From NCBI RefSeq assembly GCF_006345805.1, contig NC_043006.1:85312001-85376000 (forward strand): a stretch of 64,000 bases of DNA. Reading direction: 5' to 3'. The stretch is from Octopus sinensis. Lineage: Eukaryota. A program made the position numbers and the translations under genes. The notes under the pieces were generated by a model. The model saw only the letters and a program-made list of their open reading frames with translations. It was not told the origin of the DNA and searched no databases. Positions 12,837 to 24,990 of the stretch are shown in pieces; the first letter of the stretch is position 1; the number at the start of each line of letters is the position of its first letter.

Positions 12837-15500
12837 GAGGATGTGCCTCTTTGTTTTAACATCATGCAACAGTTATAAACCAGTGTCGTCATTATTCAAG
12901 CAATGCCCCCCCACCCTCACTCATTTTTAATCTTCCAAGAAAATACGTCCTGTCATAGGGAAATATTACTTTGCTTGGAAACCAGTGAGGAATGGCAACA
13001 GAAAGGGCATCCAGCCTTAGAAAATCTGCCTCAACAAACATCCATTTGACCTACGCAAGCACAGATAAGTGACGTTTAAAAAAAAACGACGATGTACATA
13101 ATAAAATGGAGAGAAAAATTTAATACCAAACAAAAGCATGCACTTATTAAGGAATTTACACATTTATACAAGAAACTAGCAATTATAACAACAGTGAAGC
13201 ATATACATGTGTTATAATTGGTAGAGCCTTGTACAAATTATCAGTTTCACTTACGGTGTGACCAATGAAGTCCGATCCATGATCAGACATTCATGTGTAA
13301 TGACAGTTTTACTAAACGATACAAAGGGATAAAAAAATTACTGGAGCATAACTAATATCAGGTCTTGATTTACTTTCCTGACAGTCAACTCAATAACACA
13401 AATAGAAATAAATATAAAGGATATTTTACTCATACCGATAAATTTGTAAATATTGTCACAAAATAAACAGATTTAAGTTTAACCTTTATCCGCATGAAAT
13501 GTGTGTGTGTGCGCGCGTGCTATGCACTATAGAGTTTAGTAAGATATACAAGTAAGATACACAAGATATATAAGGCGGCGAGCTGGTAGAAACGTTAGCA
13601 CACCGGGTGAAATGTTTAGCGGTATTTCGTCTGCCACTACGTTCTGAGTTCAAATTCCACCAAGGTCGACTTTGCCTTTCATCCTTTCGGGGTCGATTAA
13701 ATAAGTACTAGTCACGCACTGGAGTCGATATAATCGAATTAATCCGTTTGTCTGTCCTTGTTTGTCCTCTCTGTGTTTAGCCCCTTGTGGGTAGTAAAGT
13801 AATAAGTAAGATATACAAGGGGTTGCTGAAAAGTTCCTGGCTCTGGGTAAAAGAAAATACAGGAAGATCAGTTATGATTTTATTCAACATAATCGTCTCT
13901 CAGATTTACACACTTATTGCAGTGGTCCTTCAGTTTTTCCAAGCCCTGTAAAAGAACTCAGAAGGTTGGGCCTCCAACCAGGCCTTTTGTGATACCCTTA
14001 AAGCCAGGAACTTTTCAGTACCCCCTCATATGCTAGTCACTCACATGAGCAGTCAGCTAGTAAAGAAAGGTGTCGATCCAATGACTGACATAGCAGTTAT
14101 AATCAATCAGCAACTGCTGTAAGGGTAAAGTAGAAACACTAGAAAACAAAAAGTGACATTAGAAACACCAAAGTAATGAAGTAGGTTACGAAATTAACAG
14201 AAAGAATTGTAGCACAACTGAAAGACACAGGTATGACTGTGGTTAAGTCTGCCTCCCAACCATATAATTTTGGGTCCAATCCCAAAGTATGGCTCCTGGG
14301 ACAAATGTCTTCTACTATATGAAAGCACCAAAATGTATTAACATGCTACTGAAGACTGGGTTATGGGATTTGCTTGTACAATATTTATTGGTGATAATAA
14401 CCATTATTTATTTATAAGACTCCCAGAGTGGTTGGTCACTCTCAGAGTGGTTGGCATTAGGAAGGGTATCCAGCTGTAGAAACTCTGCCAAATCAAGGTT
14501 GGAGCCTGGTGCAGCCATCTAGTTCGCCAGCCCTCAGTGAAAATCGTCCAACCCATGCTAGCATGGAAAGCAGACGTTAAACGATGATGACGATGACCTC
14601 AATTGAAATGCTGTTAAGGTTTGTCTACACAATGCAAGCATGGCCGTGCGGTTATGGTCATTTTGTAACCACATGTGGTTTCAGGTTCAGTCCCACTACA
14701 ATGTACTTGGGACACGTCTTATATAACAGTCTCAGGCTGACCAATGACTTGTGAGTTAATCTGGTAGATGGATACCAGTCAAATATAAATGTGTGTGTGT
14801 GTATAAATGCACATGTGTGTGTGTGAGTCTTTGTATTTGTCCTTGCTACCATTGCTTGATAATTGGTATTGGCTTGTTTACATCCTTATAACTTAACAGT
14901 TCAGCAAAAGAGGCCAGAAGAATAAGTATCAGACTTTTAAAGAAATAAGTACAGCAGGGGTGGGGGTCGGGCAGTGGATTTCTTTGACAAAAAAACCTTT
15001 CAATGCAACATGCCAACAATGCCACAGTCCAGTGATTGAAACGAGTACAAAGGGGACATATTGTTTTGGTTATGCTGTCTGCAAGAAGTGAGTAATACAG
15101 CAATTCCGGAGTCTGACGTATTGTATGGAAGATGCAAAGTTGTAAGTTATTTTTGGTATGTAATGGCTCTGATATTAAGCTGTAGACTTACTCTTAACAG
15201 AGAAGTGGATAGCAACAATAGCTAGCTACTTCTGTGCTAAGAGAATGTGCTGAAAGTGAATGATAGAAAATGGGGTGACGGTGAGGCTGCTGTAGTTAAG
15301 TAACAAGAGAGCAAGTGAGAGAAAGATCATTTTAATGAATTTTCATAGAGAATAAGTCCAGGCATGGCTTTATGCATAAGAAATTCACTTCCTAATGATG
15401 TAGTTTTGGGTTCAGTCCTTCAGCTTGCCTCCTGGGGCAAGTATCTTGGGCTGACCAAAGCCTTGTGAGTGGATTTGATAGACGGAAGTTGAAAGAAGCT

Positions 15501-15541
<41 letters not shown>

Positions 15542-16578
15542 GGTTGGCATTAGGAAGAGCATCCAACCATAAAAACCAGGCTAAAACAGACAGTGGAGCT
15601 TGGTGCAGACTTCTGGCTTGCTAGCTCCAGTTAAACTGCCCAACCCATGCAAGCATAGGAGACAGACTTTAAATGATGATTATATAAGTAAATTATTTTT
15701 TAGGATGGAACTCAAGTACTGCCATTAAAAATAATTTACTTCATGTCTTTCAAAGTTTCTAAATTCTTATGATGTAAACACACACATGAGAGAGAGAAAA
15801 AGGTCCTTCATATTTCTTTCCTCTTCATGTGTGTTTGCTGATCATAGCCAAAAGCACTACTGTTCATAAGGACAGCTACCCTTGCTTGCAGTCCACTGCA
15901 AAAGCATGTCCAGGTTGTTTGTTGTTTGATAGACTGTGAGATTATTTCCACACTTGAAAACAAGAGAGGCATCTGGTCATAGAAATCTTTGCCACAACAT
16001 GCGCCCATCTGACCCATGCAAGCTTTAAAACAACGATGATGATGATAACTGTAATAATTCACTCAATCTCCACATAAAACACTTTACAAAACAAAATACA
16101 TAATTATATATAATACACACCATTTCCTGGTTTCACCAATTTCCGAGTAGACACATTGTCAACGAGGAAAAACCGTCTGGTTAAAACCCATTTGTCTACT
16201 TGTCCTGAAAGTACAAAATAAAAATATAATGATTACACTGTGTAATTTATTTATTTATTTTTGGTTTTATAAGTAACATTCCTATTTGCTTCTTATCTAG
16301 AAATCAAAGAAAATGACTATTATTCCCTTCAAACTTTGCTTTTGTGACCTGGACATCAATGTTTTGAAACTCTTTACTCTTTTACTTGTTTCAGTCATTT
16401 GACTGCGGCCATGCTGGAGCACCGCCTTTAGTTGAGCAAATCGACCCCGGGACTTATTCTTTGTAAGCTCAGTACTTATTCTATCAGTCTCTTTTTGCCG
16501 AACCGCTAAGTGATGGGGACATAAACACACTAGCATCGGTTGTCAAGCAATACTAGGGGGACAAACACAGACACACAA

Positions 16579-16611
<33 letters not shown>

Positions 16612-18759
16612 CATATATACGACAGGCTTCTTTCAGTTTCCGTCTACCAAATCCACTCACAAGGCATTGGTCGGCCCGGGGCTATAGCAGAAGACACTTG
16701 CCCAAGATGCCACGCAGTGGGATTGAACCCGGAACCATGTGGTTGGTTAGCAAGCTACTTACCACACAGCCACTCCTGCAACTATTTTCCATTATCATTT
16801 CAGACAGATTCAGCACTGAGTGGCTGAAGCAGAAATATTGCTACAGTAAATATTCTACTCAACACCACAGATTTGTTTGTCAGTTGCTTGACCTTAACTA
16901 GTTGAGCACGTCCCTTGGTGGCAGACAGTATGTGCATCTCTGATCATGAGCAAGAGTATTTGGGGAGCATCATAGCCATGTTTTCAGAGGGATACTTTGG
17001 GACTTGAATAAATGTAACAAAAGCAAAGTTTAAAGGAAATAGTAGCTATTTTTCATACTTTCTAGGGGTAAAGAAATAGGAAAGAACAGTTGCTACCAAA
17101 GGACAAAACTCACGTTACACAGTGTTATCATTAACAGTTCAATAGAGGCATATATTGAACAAGGACTGCAATATAGTATCAATCTACAAGGCTTCATCTT
17201 GCCAAACTCCCACCAAGGAACTCATTCATAAATTGTTTTTTCTTTCTTATTACAAATTCCTATCACACAAGACAATTTTTTTTATATAAGACTATTCTTG
17301 GGAACAAAACGGCATACTAAAGAATGGCTAAGAAGGAATTGACAAATTGCTAGATATTTTACAAAAATGTATCCAAAGAGCCAATCTTCAGTGATATTAA
17401 TAATCCTTTCTACTATAAGCACAAAGTCTGGAATTTGTGGGGAGGGGGCTAAATCGATTATATCAATCCCAGTGCTTAAATGGTACTTATTTTATCAACC
17501 CCAAAAGGATGAAAGGCAAAGATGCCCTCAGCGGAATTTGAACTCAGAACATAAAGATGGACAAAATGCCACCAAACATTTTGCTTGGAATGGTAACAAT
17601 TCTGCCATCTCGCCGCTTCTTTTAGTGACATTAACAATGATTACTTAGTTATGTCTTGGCCTCAACAATGATTGCTTTGTTATGTCTGGTCATATAACAA
17701 ATATGAACAACGATAGCTCTATTATGTCTTGGTTTATATAATTAATGTTAACAGCCTCGTCTGGCACCTGTGCCGGTGGCATGTAAAAAGCACCCACTAC
17801 ACTCACGGAGTGGTTGGCATTAGGAAGGGCATCCAGCTGTAGAAACATAGCCAGATCAAACTGGGCCTGGTGCAGCCTTCCGGCTTCCCAGACTGCAGTT
17901 GAACCGTCCAACCCATGCTAGCATGGAAAGTGAACGCTAAACGATGATGATGATGAATGAATATTTTGTTACGTCTTGGTCTAATTAGTATTAGAAAGGA
18001 TTGCCCAGTTACGCCTTGGTCATATAATATTGGTTTCAACTTACAACACAAGGCCAGCAATTTCAGGGGGGGGGCAGACAGTTACATCAACCTCAGTGTT
18101 CAACTGGGACTTATTTTATCAACCCCGAAAGGACAAAAGGCAAAGCTGACACCAGCAGCATTTGAACTGAAAACAACATCAGAAGAAATGCTGCTAAGCA
18201 TTTTGTCCAACATTTTATCCGGTGCCAGCTTGCCACCTTTCGGTCATATAATATTAACAATGACTGCTCTGTTATCTTAGCATCATAACTGCTCTAACAA
18301 GTTATAGTTTCTTTACTCAACAGTTCTTAGGTCTGTGACAAGTCTAAAGGCTCATTAACCCTTTAGCATTTAACCCTTTCGTTACTGTATTTATTTTGAG
18401 ATGCTCTGTGTTTCTTTCAATTAGTTTAAATATAACAAAGAATTTAGTAAAATAACTTAGTTATCACTAAGCTAGTGTTAGGAACATAAATTGTGACTAA
18501 GGTTTGGTGGCAGATTTTAATTCAAAACTTATGAAAACAAGACATTTGTACTAAAGAGCCAGAGCTGGTTTCGGCAGGGTTGGTAACGAAAGGGTTAAAC
18601 CAGTCATATCCAGCTGCAATATTATACCTGTTTTATGTTCAAACCAGCCAGATCCAGCCTCTCACACCTACCCATGCTAGCATGGAAGACAGACATTGAA
18701 GGAGGAGAAGAATGGTGATGAATATGATGCTGGTAATTCTAATGATAATGGTGATGGCA

Positions 18760-18791
<32 letters not shown>

Positions 18792-21700
18792 AGTCATGGT
18801 TTGGTGATTTGCTGTGCTTGAGAAGACATGTCAAGGTAAGTGATATTGTAGTCATGCCCAGTGTTGGTGACATATATATGGTACCTGTGCCGGTGACATG
18901 TAAAAGACACCCAATACACACTGTGAAGTGGTTGGCATTAGGAAGGGCATCAAGCCATAGAAGCCAAACCAAAACGGACTGGAGCCTGGTACAGCTCTCT
19001 GTCTTACTAACTCCAGTCAAATCGTCTAACTCATGTCAGCATGGAAAACGGGTGCTAAATGATGATGATGATGATGATGATGATGCATCTATTAAAACAG
19101 ACCTTTGTTGACTCTGATGTTATTTTCTCCAACATGGTTTTCAATAACAATGGGAATGGCATACAGCCTCTCCTCACCATTGTCAGAGTACCGCAAATCT
19201 CATCAAATAATTAAGGAAATATCCCCAAAAAAAAAAAAACAGACAAACAAATATAATATTAACATACAAGAATAATGGCTTTCTATCAATTACAAGTTGG
19301 AAAAATTTGAGTGTGTGAGTGCAGATGTGTGTGTGTGTGTATATACATGTTTCTGTGTTGTGTTTGTTCCCCACCACTGTTTGACAACCTGGTGTTGGTT
19401 TGTTTATATCCCAATAACTTAGCAGTTTGGCAAAATAAAATAACAGAATAACTATCAAACTTTAAAAAAAGAAAAGAGAGCTGGGGTCAAATAAGTACCC
19501 TTCAAGACTGGCCACAGTTCAATGACTGAAACAAGTAAAAAAAAAATTAAATAAACATAAAACATATCAAATTCATATTAAGGCCTCTGTACACTAAGAC
19601 TTCAGATTTATTGAAGATAGGGAATGAGGTTGTACAACCTTTTATCTTTTACTTGCTTCAGTCATTAGATTTTGTCCAAGCTGGGGCACCACATTCAAGA
19701 ATTTTTAATCAAAGGTTTAATCAAATGAAAGTTGCATCATAGAACTAGAAGTAGTCTGAGGTGGATTAGCATTAAAAGGACAAGACGATTTCTCCTGCTC
19801 AAGCCCAGGTTTGTCTTGTAGGCACTATGACAATCTTTTCCATTCCCACCACCACATCCCTATAATGACACTAATTGAAGTTGTGTTTTTGAAGCAATGT
19901 TTTACAGCTTGAAGCACATCTTGCCACCAGAACCTAACTTTTATAATCTGTAAGAACATGACATACCTATTTAAAAGTAGGATACAAACAGTAAATCACT
20001 ATATATATGACGTCTACTACCAATAACTACTGCAGAAAGTAGAACATTAAAATAAAGAGTGATAATGACACTATGAGGCTTACAAATATTTATGACTTCA
20101 GGAGATGGCAATATGTCGTTAGCTGTAATGATCAGTGAACAGGACAGTAAATATATTAACACAATTTCTTTTCATTTTAAATTTTTTTGTTGTGATAGTC
20201 ACAAGGTTAAAATATACCAGTAGTTCCAAAATGCTGTGTCTTTCAATTTTAAAAAGGAAATTTTCAGTGAAAAGGGAACCCAGTACCCATGACTTTTTAC
20301 AGGGCCTCTGAGACAGATAGGAGGAAGGAAGGAAGGACAGTATCCTCAAAACAGGTGCCTGGCCAGAATGCTTGCAACAGAGTGGACTTTTTAGTAAAGG
20401 TATACAAGGTGCAAAGTAATGGGGTTAAACTAGGCAATGGATTAAGTCTACCACTCAACTAGTTCGTCATGGATTTCCAAGGAGGTGGAATCAATACCGC
20501 AAGGCATTTTGTCCGATGCTCAACCAATTCTGCCAATGTGTCACAGTGGACCACATCTTAACTGGATGCACAGCGCTTGCAAAAATCGAATACATTCATA
20601 GATGCAATAGAGTAGCGCAATATATCCATTGGAAGATATGTAAACACTACCAGCTTCCAACTTCAGAAAGATGGTACCAGCATAAACCTGAAACTGTGAC
20701 CGGAAAAGATGATGTAACAGTACTCTGGGACATGCCAATCAACACCGATAAAGAAATCAAGGCAAAAAGGCCAGACATAATCATCAAAGATAAGAAGAAT
20801 AAGAAATGCTTGATGATAGATGTGACAGTACCATCAGGGAGAAATGTGTCCATTAAAGAAGTTGAGAAGTTATATAAGTACAAAGACCTAGAAATAGAAG
20901 TGACCAAGACGTGGGGAATGAAAAGCAGCACAGCACAGCACCAGTGGTGATTGGAGTGTTAGGGCTAATTAAAAAGGGCCTTGATAATCAGCTCAACAAA
21001 CTCCCCTACAGTGTTAATGTGGGAGAACTTCAGAAAATAGTGTTGCTAGGTTCGGCACACATTTTACACCGTGTACTTTCCGTGAGATGAGGACCTGCTG
21101 TAACCCTAGGGTCAAGGGATAACCCCGGTTCAGCAGAAGACAACGGACCATGTTTTATTTTAAAACAACAATAATAATAATAATAATATTCAAAGTAACA
21201 ATTATATGTAGATTTAACACAAGATTTAATGCAATATTAACCCTTTTGTAACCATATTTTTGTTGAAATATACTGCCTTTGTTTCAATCAGTTTTGAAAA
21301 TAATAAAAAAATTAGTAATTTTTGTCATGATTAAATTAGTTTTAGGGGGAATTTTCTTAACATAAATTAACTTGACATTTCAATGAGAAGCTTTAATTTA
21401 GTTCACTTTAAAACAGGAAGTTTGCATTGTAGAACCAAGAACAGTATCTGGCAGTTTGGTGTTAAAAATGTTAGTGTTACATTTGCTATATTGAATAGGC
21501 TCAGTAGCTGTGTAGAAGCTCCTCCACAAATCCATTTAAATGCAAGAATTTTAAAACATTGAGAAACTACTGAAAAATCTTCAGAATTCAGCAAAGGATA
21601 CAAAGATCATAGAAAATCAAGGGATAAGTCTGGTTGTCAAAGAGATCCCTTAACTTCAAGTAACACTGAAATAAAAAGATGAAAAGATTAAAATGTTCAG

Positions 21701-24700
21701 CTTTATAAGAAAAGACTGACCAAATACAAAATTATCACAGCCACATATCAAACGCCAAAATTCTTCATATAAAAACAAGCATATTGATTTGATACATCAA
21801 GGATTTCAGATCCAAAGAAAATAGTAAATGAAACTGTGTGGTGGTCACATACATTCTTTTAAAGAGTATTTGCAACATAATTAGCTAAAATGAATAATTG
21901 TCTTAAATGAAAACTGTAGCAGCTTAGCTTTGCTTTACAGCCCTCAACACTCAATTTTTAGTTTATATTAGGAATGTAAAAATATCGATGAACTTTATGT
22001 TTTATTTTCATTGCTAGTATTATCTGAACCTAACCTTTTTGTTACTCTGTTTCTATTGAAATTCATCATATTTATTTGAATTAATTTTGAAAATAACAAA
22101 GAATTTTCTAAAAAAATTTTGTCATTATTAAACTGGTGTTTTCAACATAAACTGAAACTTTGATGGAAGGTGGCACAGGAGTAGCTGTGTGGTAAGTAGC
22201 TTGCTTACCAACCACATGGTTCTGGTTTCATTCCCACTGCATGGCACCTTGGGCAAGAGTCTTCTACTATAGCCTCGGGCCAACCAAAGCCTTGGAAACT
22301 GGAAGAAGCCCATCGTATATATGTATATATGTGTGTGTGATTGTCAACCCAACATCGCTTGACAACCGATGCTGGTGTGTTTACGTCCCCGTAACTTAGC
22401 GGTTCGGCAAAAGAGACCGATAGAATAAGTACTAGGCTTACAAAGAATAAGTCCTGGGATCGATTTGCTCGACTAAAGGCGGTACTCCAGCATGGCCACA
22501 GTCAAATGACTGAAACAAGTAAAAGAGTACGCTGGACGAAATGCTTAGTGGTATTTTGCCCATCGTTGTGTTCTGAGTTCAAATTCCACTGAGGTCAACT
22601 TTGCCTTATATCCTTTCAGGGTCAATAAATTAAGTACCAGTTGAGTACTGGGGTCGATGTAATCGACTTGCTCCCTCTCCCAAAATTTCAGGCCTTGTGC
22701 CTATAATTTAAAGGATTATTACAGAGGCATAAACTCTACTGAACAAAAACAGTAGGTTAGGATGGAAATTTATGATCAAAAAGTTGCCACAGGAAAATGA
22801 AATGCAAAAGGTAGGGAAGCTTGGATTTAATAGGTTTTTGGTTATCTTCAGCATAAAGCCCTTCAAGTGTTTGCTTTCTAATAATAATAGCCTGATATAA
22901 AAACCATCATCATCATTTAATTCCATGCTGGCATGGGTTGGTAGTTTGACAAGGTTTAAAAGGTGCAAAGACTGCATTATGCTCTGATGTCAGTTTTGGC
23001 AAAGTTTCAACAGCTGGATTCCATTCCTAATGTCCACCACTTTACAACATATACAAGGTGCTTTTTTTCATCCTACCAACACTAGTGAGATTGCCATGCA
23101 GCTTGCAAGGGGAGCAGCTTTATGCTCGGAGATGAGGGTTTAAAGTATGAGAGAAGGGGCCCAGAGCAGAGTAGGTTTCTTGCTACATGGTTACTCACAT
23201 TTTAGAATAGGGGATGAGTGTGATCAGGGTAGAGCAGGAACAAGATAAAAATTATATTGATGAGCCGTTTGGGTGGACCCTCAAACAATAGAATATAATA
23301 GGATATATTTTGATGAGTAAACATTTTCATATTAATTAAAGCTTGAAATAGGAAAAAAACTTTTAACTCAGCCTGGTATAAAAACATGTGAATGAATGTG
23401 TGTATGTGTGCACAGATATGTACATATACCCTTGTCTTGACTCCATGTGGTGGTTGTAATAAATGAGCATCATCATCAATGTTGTTCATTTCCAGTCTTC
23501 CTTAAAAATTATATCAGGCCATGGGGAAACATAACCTTACTTGGGAAAATGAGGGCTAGGGACAGGAAGGGCATCTAGCCGCAGAACATCTCCATCAAAA
23601 GAATCACACTGACCCATACAAGATTGGGGGAAATGGACATTAAAAACAACAAAACATTGATAGTATGGCTCATAAAATCTAATTCTGAATACCAAAACAT
23701 TTTTTCCTACCGTGCTTGAATATGTTGTTCCAAAAGTCCAAATTGCATCCATCCTCACATCGTTCATTTTACATAGCTGCAAAAGACCACCGCGGACGCT
23801 CTTCATCCCCAGATATTTACCCTCAAATGAATACATTACCACAAGGAACTTAAGCTGCGTAGGTGGTTTCACAGTAAACTCAACTGGTAAACTAGGACTA
23901 TTCAGTACATTCACGGTCAACGAGGAATAATACAGCCAAGGCATGTTGTACGGCCTGTAATAACAAAAGTTAAAATTCAGTTACTTAGGGTGACATCTTA
24001 GCCCTTTAGCATTTAAACCGGCCATATCAGGCCAAAACATTCTACTTGCTTTATGTTCAAATCAACTAGATCTGGCCTCTCGCACCTACCATACAATATT
24101 ATCCTAAAAATATGCAATCAAATTACTGAAATCTCTTAAGGCAGTGAGCTGGCAGAAACGTTAGCACGCCAGGCAAAATGTGTAGCCGTATTTCGTCTGC
24201 CGTTACGTTCTGAGTTCAAATTCCACCGAGGTTGACTTTGCCTTTCATCCTTTTCGGGGTCGATTAAATAAGTACCAGTTACGCACTGGGGTCAATGTAA
24301 TCAACTTAGTCCCTTTGTCTGTCCTTGTTTGTCCTCTCTATGTTTAGCCCCTTGTGGGCAATAAAGAAATAAATATTACTGAAATCTCAAAGCTACAAGA
24401 TAATACATAATTAATTAAAAACAATGTGAATAAATAAGTACTACATTTGACAGAGTAATCTGAATGCTAAAGAGTTTAAATGAATGTATTAAGAGTTAAT
24501 TCCAAATTGTGTTTCATGTTCTGGGCTCAAATCCTGGCAGGACTGATTCTATTTTTTATCCTTAATTTTTTTATCTCTTAGATTTTCTTTTTCACCTCTT
24601 AAAGATTTTTGTTTTAGCTCTCCAAGTTTATCAAACATCACTAAGCAAGGTTATATTTCCCTATGCCTGGGCATGATTACACATACTGGAAACAAAGGAC

Positions 24701-24956
24701 ACCACTCAAATGAGGGTGACACTTGTTTACAACTATGACATAATGTCAAGGACAAACACACACAAAGATCTATGTGTGTATGTACATATAGATATACACA
24801 CACACTAGGGATCTTTCAGTTTCTATCTATCAGGTCTCTTCTATCAGGACTATAACAGAAGACATTTACCCAAAGTGCCATGTAGAGGTATTGAACTCAA
24901 AACTATTTGTTTAGGAAACACACATCTTAACCACACAGCCATGCCTGCACATATAC

Positions 24957-24990
<34 letters not shown>

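Noticed and set aside
19964-20125. Candidate TMEM67 exon (cag|...tag|gtatgt, ORF 19971-20162)
   Set aside because: No meckelin similarity; exons at 21602-21665 and 19103-19198 already supply this region in phase.
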